DNA of 64,000 bases from Octopus sinensis (lineage: Eukaryota): assembly GCF_006345805.1 (NCBI RefSeq), contig NC_043001.1, positions 88,908,001-88,972,000 of the forward strand. The letters are read 5' to 3'. Below, in pieces: positions 51,206 to 64,000 of the stretch (positions within the stretch are counted from its first letter, which is position 1; the number at the start of each line of letters is the position of its first letter). A program made the position numbers and the translations under genes. The notes under the pieces are model-generated. The model saw only the letters and a list, made by a program, of their open reading frames with translations, ran no database searches and was not told where the DNA came from.

Positions 51206-51864
51206 TTACACACACACACACACACACCCACACACACACACACACACACACACGCATACATATATTTATGTATGTATGTATGTATGTATTAAGTGGTAAA
51301 ATAACAATAACAGCAAAAAGATTTGACTATAATTAAACCATGTAGGTTGACCACTAATCAATGAGTGGTGGTGGTGGTGGTGGTGGTGGTAGTAACTTTG
51401 ATTTCTGTCACGTCAACAAGTAACATGTGTTGCCTTCGAAATAGCTGCTGCGTACTATTGCAGAGTAGGTCGATCTGATTTGTCTTTGAACACTGTCAGC
51501 CCAGTACTGGTCTACTTTGTAACCAGATACTCACTTGATTACTAAAATCATTTATTAGGAGACATGTGTATTCCAATGAATCATTCCCAGTGTTTTAATA
51601 CTTATTTTATGATGCTGCTTATTTCCCGGTAGCCTTCATGTAACCTTTTAAACTATCAGGGCACCAGTGAAAACATTACTATAGCCTCTGACATGGCTGT
51701 GTGATTAAGTCTACTTTGTAACCACTTGGTTTTGGGTTCAATCCTACAGCATGGCACCTTGAGTAAGTAAGTGTCTTCTACAACACATCCTTAGGTCCAA
51801 CCAGTGCCTTGTGAGTTTTTGTAAATGCAAACTGTGTGAAAGCTCATCACATATATATATATAT

Positions 51865-52330
51865 ATCATCATCATCATCATCATCATTTAACGTTCGCTT
51901 TCTATACTAGCATGGGTTGGACAATTTGACTGAGAACTGGCGAACCAGATGGCTGCACCAGGCTCCAATCTTGATCTGGCAGAGTTTCTACAGCTTGATG
52001 CCCTTCCTAAAACCAACCACTCCGAGAGTGTAGTGGGTGCTTTTACGTGTCACTGGCACGAGGGCCAGTCAGGCTGTACTGGCAACGGCCACGCTAAAAT
52101 GGTGTTTTTTATGTGCTACCTCCTCGGGAGCCAGTCCAGCGGCACTGGCAATGATCTTGCTCAAATGTTTTTTCACATGCCAGTAAGGTGACACTGGTAA
52201 CGATCATGCTCGAATGGTGCCTTTTACGTGCCACTGGCACGGAAGCCAGTTAGCTGCCCTGGCAACGTTCACGCTCAGATGGTAGCTGCCCTGGCAACGT
52301 TCATGCTCGGATGGTGCTCTTAGCGCTCCA
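51865..52330 (-). mobile_element. Family E (RTE 3' end) copy with internal tandem repeats
   Basis: catcatcatttaacgttcgctttctatactagcatgggttggac. Confidence 0.85.
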
Positions 52331-52534
52331 TTAGATATATATATATATATATGTGTGTGTGTATGTATATATATATATATAGATATATATGTATATGTAT
52401 ATATGTCATATATGTATTTTTACATTTGTCATCACTTCAGCAAATGAGCAAAAGTATGGTGGATTCACACACAGTTTACATTTACATATGTACATTTGTG
52501 TGTGTGCATGTATGTATGTATATACATATGTGTG

Positions 52535-53385
52535 ATGGGTAAATTGTCGCTATTTTATATTTTTAATTTCGTGCATGTGCATTGTTTGTTTTTGATTTTG
52601 TCAACCACACAGTATAGTAGGATTAGTCGGGCACTGCCTGTGGCAAAAACAGCGCTATGACGCAGTTCACTCTGCCAGAAATTTGGAAACATGCTGTACT
52701 GCTTGGCATTTGTGCTGGAAGCTCCAGTACAAACATTTCAGAGTGTTTGGGTGTAAATCTGAGGACTGTGCAATATGAGGACATATATTGAGTGTGATAA
52801 AAATCAAACATTCAATCAACATCATGGTGCTTGGAGTGATCACTAGTGATGGCGACGTTATGTCTCCATTCATCTTCCTACAAGGCCTCAGACTCAACAT
52901 AGAGGTCTACATCAAGTGCCTGGAGGAGGTAGTGCTGTCCTGGGTGAAAAGGGTGGCTTCTGGAAGACTCTAAGTCTGGCAACAAGACTCTGCACCATGC
53001 CACATAAACAAGAGTACCCAGTCATGGCTGACAGACAATTTCTGCGACCACATCACCCTTAACATTTGGCTACCTAGCTTCTCAGACTACAATCCCCTTG
53101 GTCATTATGTGTGGGGCACGGTTGAGCAAGGGACCAACAAAATCCTTGTAACACCAAAGATGAACTGAAGGCAAGGATTATGGCAGCATTCACAAATTTA
53201 AACAAAGCAACCATCCAGAAGAGTTGCAGGAGATTCTGAAATTGTTTGGAGGCCATGGTTGAAGCCAATGGCGATTATATTGAATAAATTTTCTCATTAG
53301 TATTTCAAGATATTTTAATGTAATTTTGGTATATGACTTTTATTTCACACTAAAAAACTGAAATTACTTTCTTGCCAACCCAATA
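52535..53385 (+). mobile_element. Internally deleted maT-like (DD37D) Tc1/mariner transposon
   Basis: IMVLGVITSDG; WQQDSAPCH...WLPSFSDYNPLG(D)YVWG with 37 residues between the second and third catalytic positions. Confidence 0.8.
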
Positions 53386-53439
53386 TGTGTGTGTGTGTGT
53401 GTGTGTGGTGTATATATGTGTGTGGTATGTATATATGCA

Positions 53440-54490
53440 TACACCAGATTGAGTCAGGCATTTTCCTAGGTTTCCACTGATGATCGTTAGCAACTTGTAT
53501 CACTTTGCTATATCATTAATTTGAAACAGCTTGTCCAATTATTACTAAATTGTTTATTCTTTATTTTACAGCTTTGATAGTGAGTGATGAAAAAAATTAC
53601 AATTAGGGCCATTTTACACTTCCTGTGGGAAAAAAAAGAACTGAGTGCAGAGCAGTGATTAGAGGAATTAATGATGGAGGAGCCCATATCATCATATGAA
53701 AAGATGAGCATATATGAGCAGAAGACTATGCATGGATATGTTAGTAGAAAGCTCCAAGATGATAGTAACATTGATTATCAAAGCAGTTTATCATGGACTA
53801 ATAGCTGGATTACTACCTTCCACTTTGAAAGGTATGCATTTGCAATCCAGGAACAGGAAATATCAACCAAGTACCTGATGCACAAAAGGGACAGAGATGC
53901 AGGAAAAGCAGTAAAATATGACAACTGATGCAGTCAAAGATATCACCCACATCATAAGCAGTTGTCCGAAAATGTCATCACAGTATTATCTACCAATGAG
54001 ATATGGTGCTGTAGCTAGGACACTCTATAATGAAATCCATTAGAAAGAACTCCAAGGACAAAGAAATAAGAACCCACAGTATGGTAGAATCCATAGCCAT
54101 TCATAATAAAAAGGAGTACTGGTGGAATGAAGACCTCAATGAAATGTAAGCACAACAGATCTGATATAATTATTTGGGATAGAGAAGAGAAACTGTGCAC
54201 AGTTGTGGAAATTATCTGCCCAGCAGATGTTAACATAAAGCTGAAGATCAGTGAAAAAGAGAACACCTATGCTAAACTATTGAGAAATCTGCAGTTACTC
54301 TATGCAGATTACAAGTTCAGGTTTATACCTGTAATTATTGGGGTCCCGGAATATGTAACACACTGCCTAAATACCAATCTTGGTTCTCAATACCAGAAAA
54401 GAGAAAGCTAATTCAAAGACTTCAGATCCCATCCATCAGTGGAACTGTAAAAATCTGTAAAACTTTCCAGAAGTTTATCAGTTAAATATA
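53440..54490 (+). mobile_element. R4/Dong-type non-LTR 3' region (REL endonuclease)
   Basis: FAIQEQEISTKY; KHNRSDIIIWDREEKLCTVVEIICPAD (PD..D-type motif, P mutated). Confidence 0.85.
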
Positions 54491-54714
54491 TATGAGCATG
54501 TCTAGATATGCAACTATATGCATGAGAATATATACAAAAAGCAAAATCTGCACACATACATGCATACAGACATACATACCCTATTGTTGATGTTGAAATT
54601 CCAAGGAAGGAGCCTTGAATCTAGGTTAGAAACTAGCTCTTTCTCTGTTGGCAAGAAATCTTGAAATAAACTGAACAATGACATACATACATACATATAT
54701 ACATACATACATAC

Positions 54715-55172
54715 ATACATTTTTATGGCTGCCCCTCGTCATTGAGTATGGCCATTGCACGAAGCTTAACTGTTACTAGTGCTGTGATCGAATGTGACTT
54801 TTTAGCCCAGCTAAAAATCTACAATGTCTTGAACAGAATTGGCAACTAAAACCTTTACCAGTAATGGCCGGCTGTAGTTGTAACTGGGCTTCATGTGCCT
54901 TTACATGTCGTTTAAGTCCTCCTGCCAAATTACACTCTCTTCCACATGACCAACAGATATGATTAGTATGGAGTGTCACACCACCACCAGTGGCCAGGTT
55001 GTCACTCATCTGTCTCGCTTTATGACTACGAAGATGACTCTTGAGTCCAGCTTTACTGAGGCAGGGTCTTGCATAGACATTGCATGTCAGCATCACAGGA
55101 AGACCCTTCCCATCTGGAAGTGTAACAGCAATGCCCTTCCTGACATCCCTCCTTACTTTCTCATGTGCAACT
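54715..55172 (-). mobile_element. 5'-truncated RTE-like LINE tail encoding three C2H2 zinc fingers
   Basis: ORF 54776-55096; frame stays open upstream to ~55170 (VAHEKVRRDVRKG...); short 3'UTR ending gggcagccataaaa then (TGTA)n. Confidence 0.75.
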
Positions 55173-55869
55173 CATGCATGCATACATGCATGCATACATA
55201 CATACATACATTGATACATACATACATTGATACATACATACATACATACATACATACATACATACATACATACATACATACATACATACTACATACATAC
55301 ATACATGGAATTAAAAGGGCTGGAGCTGGAAAATGAGATAAAGATTATAGAGAGATAAAGATGGCAAACAGAAGGGAGTTTATGTATATATATATAAATA
55401 TATGTATAAACATATATATGGAATATGACCTGGTGTATCAAAAATTTGGATACCAAATCATAAATGTTTAAGTGAAGTTAAGTCTTTGTGAATTTCTGAA
55501 CAACAAACATGTGTCTTCCACATGTAATTGTCTGACTCTCAGCACACAGTTGCAGACCAAATCACTTGCCTGGCAAGCACATCTCCAAAATACGTAACAT
55601 AACATAAGAGAGAGAAAGATAGAGATGTATGTGTGTAGCCATTATATATGTATAGATGTTCATATGTATTAAGTTGGAAAAAAAGTTTAGCTGTATTTTT
55701 GACATGATTATTTTGAGGGTACTTCTTCAAAACTTATGATAACATAAGTATTAACTTTTAAATTTTTTTGTGTTTTTCTTTCTTTGCAGATTACTTTATA
55801 TTATAGTGGTTAAATTCATATCTATTTTATAAACATGTGTCAAACAAGGTACATGACAACAACCAAGCC

Positions 55870-56646
55870 ACAATCATCAAGGATATGCTTGTTCAAACTG
55901 GCAAACAAATAAATCTTAATTTCCCAGACATAATAATCAAGGATCAGAGAGAAAAAAACACCTCATTTACTCATTTACTCTTACTTGTTTCAGTCATCTG
56001 ACTGCAGCCATACTTGAGCACTGCCTTTACAATGTCTATCAGTAAGCAGGGTACCTTGGAGCACCCTGCTTACTGATAGACATTGTAATCCCTTCTGACC
56101 AAAGTGTTGTCCAAAAGGAAGTGGAAAAGTACAAAGACCTCAAAATTGAAGTGTTCAAGATATGAAGCATGACGATGAAAACGATATCAGTAATGATGAG
56201 CAATGGGTATGATAAAAAAAACATATGAGCAAAAACATAGAAGCTATACCTGAACCCTCAACTCTACACCCTAATAGCCCTGCTAGGAACCGCCCACATT
56301 TTACACAAGACACTATCAATTCAACAATACAACCCAGATAAAACAATCCACAAACACAAAGCATACTTTATACAGTAAATATCCAATAGAATAAACAATC
56401 ACCATTGCATGTACTCTACAAGCCGGATACCCAACAGAAGAACACAACTCGCATTACATACAGAACATACAATACAACAAAAGACTGCAATCAAACCCCA
56501 CAACAAAACAAACTGATGCAATACAATACTAAGAAGTGTTTGCATTCCCCCAACAGCAAAAGGGAACACACAATACTGCAATACAGAGGTGTAGCAGGTG
56601 ATGCAGTAGAAATCTGCCTGAAACTATCAAATGTTGAATAATGATG

Positions 56647-56708
<62 letters not shown>

Positions 56709-56710
56709 TA
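55870..56710 (+). mobile_element. Second R4/Dong-type 3' end with (TAA)n tail, interrupted by a SINE fragment
   Basis: ccagacataataatc (PDIII), LIDIVIPSDQSVVQKEVEKYKDLKIEV, (AAT)n at 56640-56710. Confidence 0.65.
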
Positions 56711-57764
56711 CTCTTTCTAATTTTGCACCAGGCCAACAATTATGATGGGAGGTGGCAAGTTGATTACATTGACCCCAGTACTTAACTGGTATTATATTTT
56801 ATCAATCCTGATAGGACAAAATGCAAAGTTGAACCAGTAGGATTTGAACTCAGACTGTAAAAAGCCAAAATAATAATGCACTAATGATTCAGTTAATTTG
56901 CCATCTTAATGATAACAATAATAATGTGTTAATTGTTTATAGTGTTCCCTATGAGTTAGCTCACTCACCACTTTTCTCTTCTAATAAAAAAAATATTGAT
57001 TGACAGTACATTGATTATAATCTTTTACAACTCCACATTTATTACTGAAATAAGGAGCAAAGATAGAATGTGATGGTTGAAGGAGTGTATGGGTGATAGA
57101 CAGTTAGGTTCACATCTGTTGTTACTAACTATTGTATTTTTTTTAGGAAAACCTGGTTATACTTTAGACTGACCAGCTGTTTGTTCAGCTGTTGTCCACA
57201 TTGGATATTTGTCCTACCATATTTTCTATCTTTGTTCTCATTAGTTTTATTTCCCCAAAATGTCATGTTGTTTTAGCTGGTTGAGTGGTTGAATCATTGG
57301 GGTTCTGGACAATTGGACAACTAGATTGATAGACAATTGTTTGATGAAAGATAAGCCTGGGAAGCTGTTGGGTTAATGAAGTGCTTCATTAATGGATTAA
57401 TGGACTGAAAGATTGATATAGTGACAGCCTGATGGAATGATGGACTGATAGACTGATATGCTGGTGGGGTAATGGTCTGATGAAGTGAGAGACTGATGGA
57501 TTGAGAGACTGATGAATTGAGAGACTGGTGGATTGAGAGACTGATGGTGTGGTGGATTAACATTTTAGCATTTAAATTGACAATATTCGGCCCAAATATT
57601 TAACCTGCTTATGTTCAAACTAGCCAGATGTGGCCTTTTACACCAACCCTATAATATCATTTTAAAAATAAATAGTTACCTCATCAGAATCTCAAAGCTA
57701 CAAAATAATGCATGATTAATTCAAAACAAAGCAGATAAATAAGCATTGCTTTTGACAGAGTGAA

Positions 57765-58090
57765 GGTGCATGGCTTAGTGGTTAGGGTATTTGGTTAACA
57801 ATCGTAAGGTTATGGGTTCAATTCCCAGCAATGCACTGTTTCTTTGGGCAAGACACTTTATTTCACATTGCTCTGATCCATCACTCAGCTGACAAAAATG
57901 AGTTGTACCTGTATTTTAAAGGGCCAGCCTTGTCACACTCTGAGTCATGCTGAATCTCTCTGAGAACTATGTTAAGGGTACATGTGTCTATGGAGTGCTC
58001 AGCCACTTGCACATTAATTTCAAGGACAGGCTGCTCTGTTGATCAGATCAACTAGAACTCTTGTTGTCATAACTGACAGAGTGCCAGTAG
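57765..58090 (+). mobile_element. tRNA-headed SINE (family C)
   Basis: Same family as 5815-6135. Confidence 0.8.
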
Positions 58091-59015
58091 TATACTTTTG
58101 ATAGAATAATATGAATGCTAAAGGGTTAAAGCAATGGCAGTCTGGCAGACATACTGGTTTCAAATTTTGGAACAAGGTCAGCAAGCTTGTGGGAGGGAGT
58201 AAGTTCCTTAAATAAACTCCAGTGTTCAACTGGTACTTATTTTATCGACTCTGAAAGGATGAAAGGCAAAGTCAACCTTGATGGAATTTGAACTAAGCAT
58301 TTTTGTCCAGCACAGTGACTGCTAGATCAATGGCCAGATGTGTGATTGGTTATTTCTCTGTTACTAAAATAGACAACTCTTTCTTCTGTTGAGTCCACCA
58401 AAATCAAGGGATGCATTGTATCCTTGAGCAAGGTCCTTTATTTTTCACTACCCCTGTCCACTCAGCTGAAAATTAGAACCAGCAGCCGCAGCTGCTTAAG
58501 TTAACCATTTGAGGGACTGATATCCCTATCAAAGATAGGAATAGCAACTGCCCATCACCCTATTTTCCACAATAGAAAGGCCATTACGACAGCCTGAGTT
58601 GCCCAATTTGCCTCAACTTGTTTAGCCCCAGATTAGCCTTGATTTAGCAGACCTATAATCAAAAACATTCCAGTTGTGACAACCTCTCTTTTTCTAAGCA
58701 CACAGAATGACATCATCTAAAGTATTTTTTAAGACAATATGGCTTGACTTGTAGGATATTTGGCTGATGTTTTTAGAAGCTTCTTTGTTGGTTGAGGAAT
58801 ACAAGGGGGTACTGAAAATTCCTGCTGATCTTCCTTAAACAACCTTGCCTGGACTTGTACCTGGGTGAGGGTAACTTTCTAGGTGCAATCCTACAGTCAG
58901 TCATGACCGAAGGGGGTCTCAGCAAAATTTAGATTCAGATCAATATGGTACTTAATTTGAGGCACTAGAATTTAGTATGGTATTATCCATACAATTTCAA
59001 AATAAGGTGATTAAA

Positions 59016-59057
59016 ATCAAAATAAGCAACAAGGATATCCTTGTTGCTTATTTTGAT
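59016..59057. repeat. Perfect 42-bp palindrome with no spacer
   Basis: atcaaaataagcaacaaggat|atccttgttgcttattttgat. Confidence 0.97.
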
Positions 59058-59074
59058 ATATATATATATATAGA

Positions 59075-59106
<32 letters not shown>

Positions 59107-59742
59107 TAGATAGATAGCTTTATATACATATAGAAAAAGAGGGATGGGGAAGAAGTAAATAAATAGGCATGTCTATTTACTTCTTATGCACATATGTGTA
59201 TGCTTGTATATATAAATACATATACAAATATACACATACACATGTACATATTTGTTAGAACATTTATGAACCCAGCGAAGGAGATGAAAGAGATTATTGA
59301 CACACCCATATTGAGGTTGGGTGGTTCCTATTTAAAAGGGCAAACAGCTATAAATGCCTTTGTGTATGTGTGCGACATATGTTTTTCAGTGAATACCACG
59401 AACCATTCAGCAGTTGGGCCATTTACAGAAAAGATTAATTTCTTGTAGTGTCAATGTTAATATGGGGACCACTAGGCATAGTACACCCTGCAACCAAATC
59501 CTACATATGACACTGTACAGTCTGAAAAAGCGAATGAGATACATGTATCTAAGATAGTGAATAAAGTACCCCTTAAACAAAGGTAGGATTATCACAGCTT
59601 GAACATTATTGATTGGAATAAGTTTGTTCAATCTAAGATGAGCAACGCACTTGCTCACGGTGTCTAAACCCAAAATCAAATGGTTGGGAAGAACACTTTT
59701 TAACCATACAGCCACATCTGAATCTTTTCTTTTTAAATATAA

Positions 59743-59805
<63 letters not shown>

Positions 59806-59854
59806 ACTTATAAACAATGGGTATGAGTAAGTATTTCATTTATATCTTACATAT

Positions 59855-59915
59855 TTATCGCTGATGAGGAGAAAATTCTTATGAATTAGCTCTGAAATTG
59901 GGACCGATATGGTAA
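59855..59915 (+). ncRNA. Type-I hammerhead ribozyme-like motif, intact core
   Basis: ttatcg-CTGATGA(59861-67)-ggag aa aattc ttat gaatt ag ctct-GAAA(59894-97)-ttgg ga ccga-TA-tggtaa. Confidence 0.65.
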
Positions 59916-60142
59916 TAATGGAATTTTATAGAAATTTCTGTTGGCTTGTTTCGAGATGCGTGATTTATAGTGATAAATTATATGGTTATTGACAAATTGT
60001 CTATTTTCGGCATATTTGGCATTAGAAATTTTTTCTTTTGCCCTTCTTTATAAGTTGTTTATAAATTTAACCTTTAAAGGTATTTTTTAATATACTGGCA
60101 ATTGATAAAATTTATTTGCGAAAAAGTTTTATCCTATATTAG

Positions 60143-60174
<32 letters not shown>

Positions 60175-60271
60175 TACACACACACATTTGTGTGTGTGTA
60201 CACACAAATTCACCCACCTCCAACAATAAAATGTAGTCACCATATTTCATTCTATAATGGCGACCTCTAAC

Positions 60272-60327
60272 TAACACTCAGACGAACACTGTTGAACACC
60301 TAGTGTGAAAACAATTGGTAAGATTGG
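60272..60327 (+). ncRNA. Degenerate hammerhead-like motif
   Basis: CAGACGA (U4 mutated)-acact...agtgt-GAAA-acaattgg-TA-agatt. Confidence 0.4.
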
Positions 60328-60379
60328 CCATAAAGGATATATAATATTATGCACTTCGATTAATATATTGTTGTTGTTT

Positions 60380-60675
60380 GTTGCTTCTCGAGCCACGCCT
60401 GGCTCATAGGGCCAGTTTCCTGGTTTCCTTGGCATATAGGTTTCCCATCTGGATGGGACGCCAGTCCGTCATAGGTGAGCTGCAAGATGCAGGAGGAAAG
60501 TGTGAGAGAAAGTTGTGGTAAAAGAGTCAGCAGAAGTTCACCATTGCATTCTGCTGGAGCCACATGGAGCTTAGTTGTTTCGCTCATAAACACATACATC
60601 ATCCGGTCTTAGATTTGAACCCGTGATCCTTCGACTATGAGTCCGCTGCTCTAACCACTAGGCCATGTGCCTCCA
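60380..60675 (-). mobile_element. tRNA-headed SINE (family D)
   Basis: Close relative of 7040-7330. Confidence 0.8.
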
Positions 60676-61664
60676 CTCGATTAATATATACATATATATA
60701 TATAAATATATACATGTACATATATACATGTATAGTTTATAGGTCCAATATAAGTAGAATAAAAACAAGTACTCCATCCAGTGAGAGATAAATAGCAATT
60801 TTATGCATATGGCAAAAGAGCTTTTATGAAACTTTAATGATACTGCACAAAATAGACCATGTATCTCCAAGTAATCTTTCAGACTCCATTTATGTATTAG
60901 ATATATTTTAAAAAACAAAGATGCAGAGACATGAGAAAATAGGAAAAAAGTAACAAGAAAAATCCAAAGAAGGTAGATACAAAAAATGGAATGAGAAGAA
61001 AGAAATGAAAGCCAAAAACCAAGATCCCCATCCTCCCTGATTGCAGAAACTACATTAAATACAGCTCGTATAGAACAAAATAACAGAAAATATGTCAACG
61101 TCTGCAAGACAACAACTCAATCCTAAATGGGTGGTGTCCTCCAGTTCAACAAAAGAAAACCATAACAGCTTGAAAACTATTGATTGGTATAAGTTTGTTC
61201 GATCTAGGATCAGCTGGGGATGTACAAATTCTTGTAGAGTATACTAGAGCTGTTGTTTAACATTTAATTTCTGTCTTACAAATTCACTCATGAGGCTTTG
61301 GTCAGCACAGGGCAGACCAATGCAATGCACTCCTACATAGTTTCTGTCTACCCAAATTCATTCAAGGCATCAGCTGGTCTGGGATTATAGTAGAGATCAC
61401 TTGCCTAAGGTGCCATGCGGTGAGACTAGCCTGAAATTAAGTGGTTGGGAAGCAAATTTCTTAACTATACAGCTATGCCTGCACCTAGCCATGCCTGCAT
61501 CAATTTATATATTAATTTAATCAGTTTAAGCATCAGTCCATATAAAACTGATAAACCATGACTAACTGAGAAAGGTAAATAATAACCCCTTGCGTATTAG
61601 AAGAAATAAAAATATTAAGAAACATTAAGAAATAAAAATTAAAACATTAAGAAAGAAGGGAAAG

Positions 61665-62075
61665 GCAGCGATCTGGTAGAAACATTAGCACACCGGGCGA
61701 AATGCGTAGACATATTTCGTCTGCCGTTATGTTGTGAGTTCAAATTCTGCCGAGGTTGACTTTGCCTTTCATCCTTTCGGGGTCAATTAAATAAGTACCA
61801 GTTATGCATTGGGGTCGATATAATCGACTTAATCTGTTTGTCTGTCCTTGTTTGTCCTCTCTGTGTTTAGCCCCTTGTGGGTAGTAAAGAAATAGGTATT
61901 TCGTCTGCTGTTAATTTCTGAGTTCAAATTCCGCCAAGGTCGACTTTGCCTTTCATCCTTTCAGGGTCGATTAAATAAGTACCAGTTACACACTGGGGTC
62001 GATATAATCGACTTAATCCGTTTGTCTGTCTTTGTTTGTCCCCTCTATGTTTAGCCCCTTGTGGGAAATAAAGAA
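61665..62075 (+). mobile_element. Head-to-tail dimer of SINE family B (second unit 5'-truncated)
   Basis: tatttcgtctgc...agccccttgtggg..taaagaaata repeated twice. Confidence 0.85.
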
Positions 62076-63159
62076 ATAAGAAAGAAGGAGAAAGGTGGAG
62101 AGAAAATATAGTTAAATGTTTCTACTGTTAAATCTTTTTGTGGCCTCCATGAATTGGAAGACGTTAGGTTTCGATAGCTTTACATTATCAACAGGATTCT
62201 GGTTGCCTACCACCTTCTTAGCCCAACCATCTGTGACACACATATAACAAAGACAATAAATGTTTGAGGACTCAACAGAGGAGTTATTGTATAAGTCACA
62301 CAACTAGCTCAAACTGTTATAAGCATGCGTACACACACATGCATGCACATACACACACACACACAACACACACACACACACATCTTTTGTCTTTTATCTT
62401 TTAATTGTTTCAGTCATCAGATTGTAAACAAGCTGGGGCACCACCTTGAAGGGTTTAGACAAACAGATTAACCCTAGCATTTTTTTTTTTTTAACATCTG
62501 GTACTTATTCTATCGTTTTACATTTTTTTCTTGCTGAATCACTAAGTTACAGGGGCATAAACAAACCAACACCAGTTGTCAAGTAGTAGTGGAGAACAAA
62601 CACAGATACAGTATATATACACACACACATACACACACATTTACCTAGATTTGATCCCTGATGGGAAAATCTTCAGAAATCACATATACACCTTTGTCAG
62701 TAGTGAAAAATCAGATTTATAGCTATTTATATTCTGTAAATATTGTTTTCGAACTTTGATACAAGGCCAGCAAGTTCAGGGAAAGGTAAGTTGATTACAT
62801 CAACCCCAGTACTCAACTGGTACTTATTTTATCACTCCTAAAAGGATGAAAGGCAAAATTGACTTCCTAGGCATTTGAACTCAGAAAAAAACCTGTAAAT
62901 CTGTAAATCAGTAAAACACACACACATACACATATATATATCACCATATTTTCTTATATATTGGCTAACTCTAATGAGCATAAGGTTACATAATCAGATT
63001 GTTACCTAACACTCCATTGTCCTCCTTGCACGAAACCGATTGGTTGGTAAGATCAGTCATGATGGATATATAATACTGTACATTTTGTGCTTTAGCTTCA
63101 TTACTATGGCAGCAGTCCAGTTACTTACTGATCAGACCACACACACACACACAAATATA

Positions 63160-63505
63160 TCATCATCATCATCATCATTTAAAGTCCGTTTTCCATGGAA
63201 AGCCGGAAGGCTGCACCAGACTTCAGTCTGATCTGGCAATGTTTCTACAGCTTGATGCCCTTCCTAATGCCAACCACTCCGAGAGTATAGTGGGTGCTTT
63301 TTATGTGCCACCAGCACAGGGGTACAAAGAGGGCTGGCATCGACCACAATTGGATGGTGCTTTTTACATGCCACTGGCATCAGAGCCAGTCAAGGCCATG
63401 CTGGCATTGGCCACGTTCAGATGGTGCTTTTTACATGCCACCAGCACAGAAGCTAGTCAGGGCAAGTGGGCTGGCATCAACCATGTTCGGATGGTGCTTC
63501 TTATG
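63160..63505 (-). mobile_element. Family E (RTE 3' end) copy
   Basis: catcatcatttaaagtccgttttccatgg...gatgcccttcctaatgccaaccactcc. Confidence 0.8.
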
Positions 63506-64000
63506 TACCTCTTTTATTCTTTTATTTCTTTCAGTCTTTTGACTGTGGCCATGCTGGGGCACTGCCTTTATTCGAACAAATCAACTCTAGAACTTATTCT
63601 TTGTAAGCCTAGTACTTATTCTATCGATCTCTTTTGTTGAACATTGGTTGTCAAGCGATATATATATATATGCTGAATAAGTGCTATAGATAGACCATAG
63701 TTAAGGTCCAGGTTCAGTGGTTATGCGAATAAGGGGTTCAACGTTGGTCATATGTCAGCATGTGTATATAAAATATTTTTCGTAATGTGATAAAAAAAAA
63801 CATCTTTTGTTATCTTAACGTTTTTACCACAATATATATATATAACACCTCCAAGACATCCGACTCGGCAATGACACTTCGGTCTCGTGCCATTTCTGCT
63901 CTACCGGTCTTGTGCCGTTTCCGCTCTACCGGTCACTCTTTGCAACACCTGTCTGTGTTCGGATTGTCCTTGCACAGGGGCCATCTGGACTCCTGTCTTT

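Noticed and set aside
53470-53535. CUGAUGA...GAAACAGCU
   Set aside because: No helix II, and it falls inside a decayed LINE coding region; likely chance.

Overview
AT-rich, microsatellite- and retroposon-dense animal genomic DNA. The SINE/LINE families point to an Octopus (coleoid cephalopod) genome; this is recognition, not a database result. Two convergent protein-coding genes are supported. (1) A + strand, 5'-incomplete TMEM72-like four-helix membrane protein gene with five in-phase GT-AG exons (5033-5093, 8841-8912, 14166-14299, 15196-15298, 17036-17141), missed by the ORF track. (2) A - strand single-coding-exon ORF of 543 aa (41671-40040), mostly disordered, with a short ordered-looking core that contains a YxxxxL-phi motif. 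Most of the rest is decayed mobile DNA: a hAT transposon, Tc1/mariner relics, MITEs, RTE, CR1 and R4/Dong-type LINE fragments, a Penelope-like element (PLE) fragment and four tRNA-headed SINE families. The main hidden structure is RNA-level: about nine type-I hammerhead-ribozyme-like motifs (CUGANGA, helix II, GAAA, palindromic helix III, NUH, helix I), found by eye. One pair sits back-to-back inside a 241-bp palindrome, and one well-preserved copy lies about 1 kb downstream of the TMEM72-like stop on the sense strand. Hammerheads in PLE repeats are a known class; their activity and host role here are untested inference. Repeat boundaries are approximate (tens of bp). Exon and ribozyme coordinates were counted by hand.
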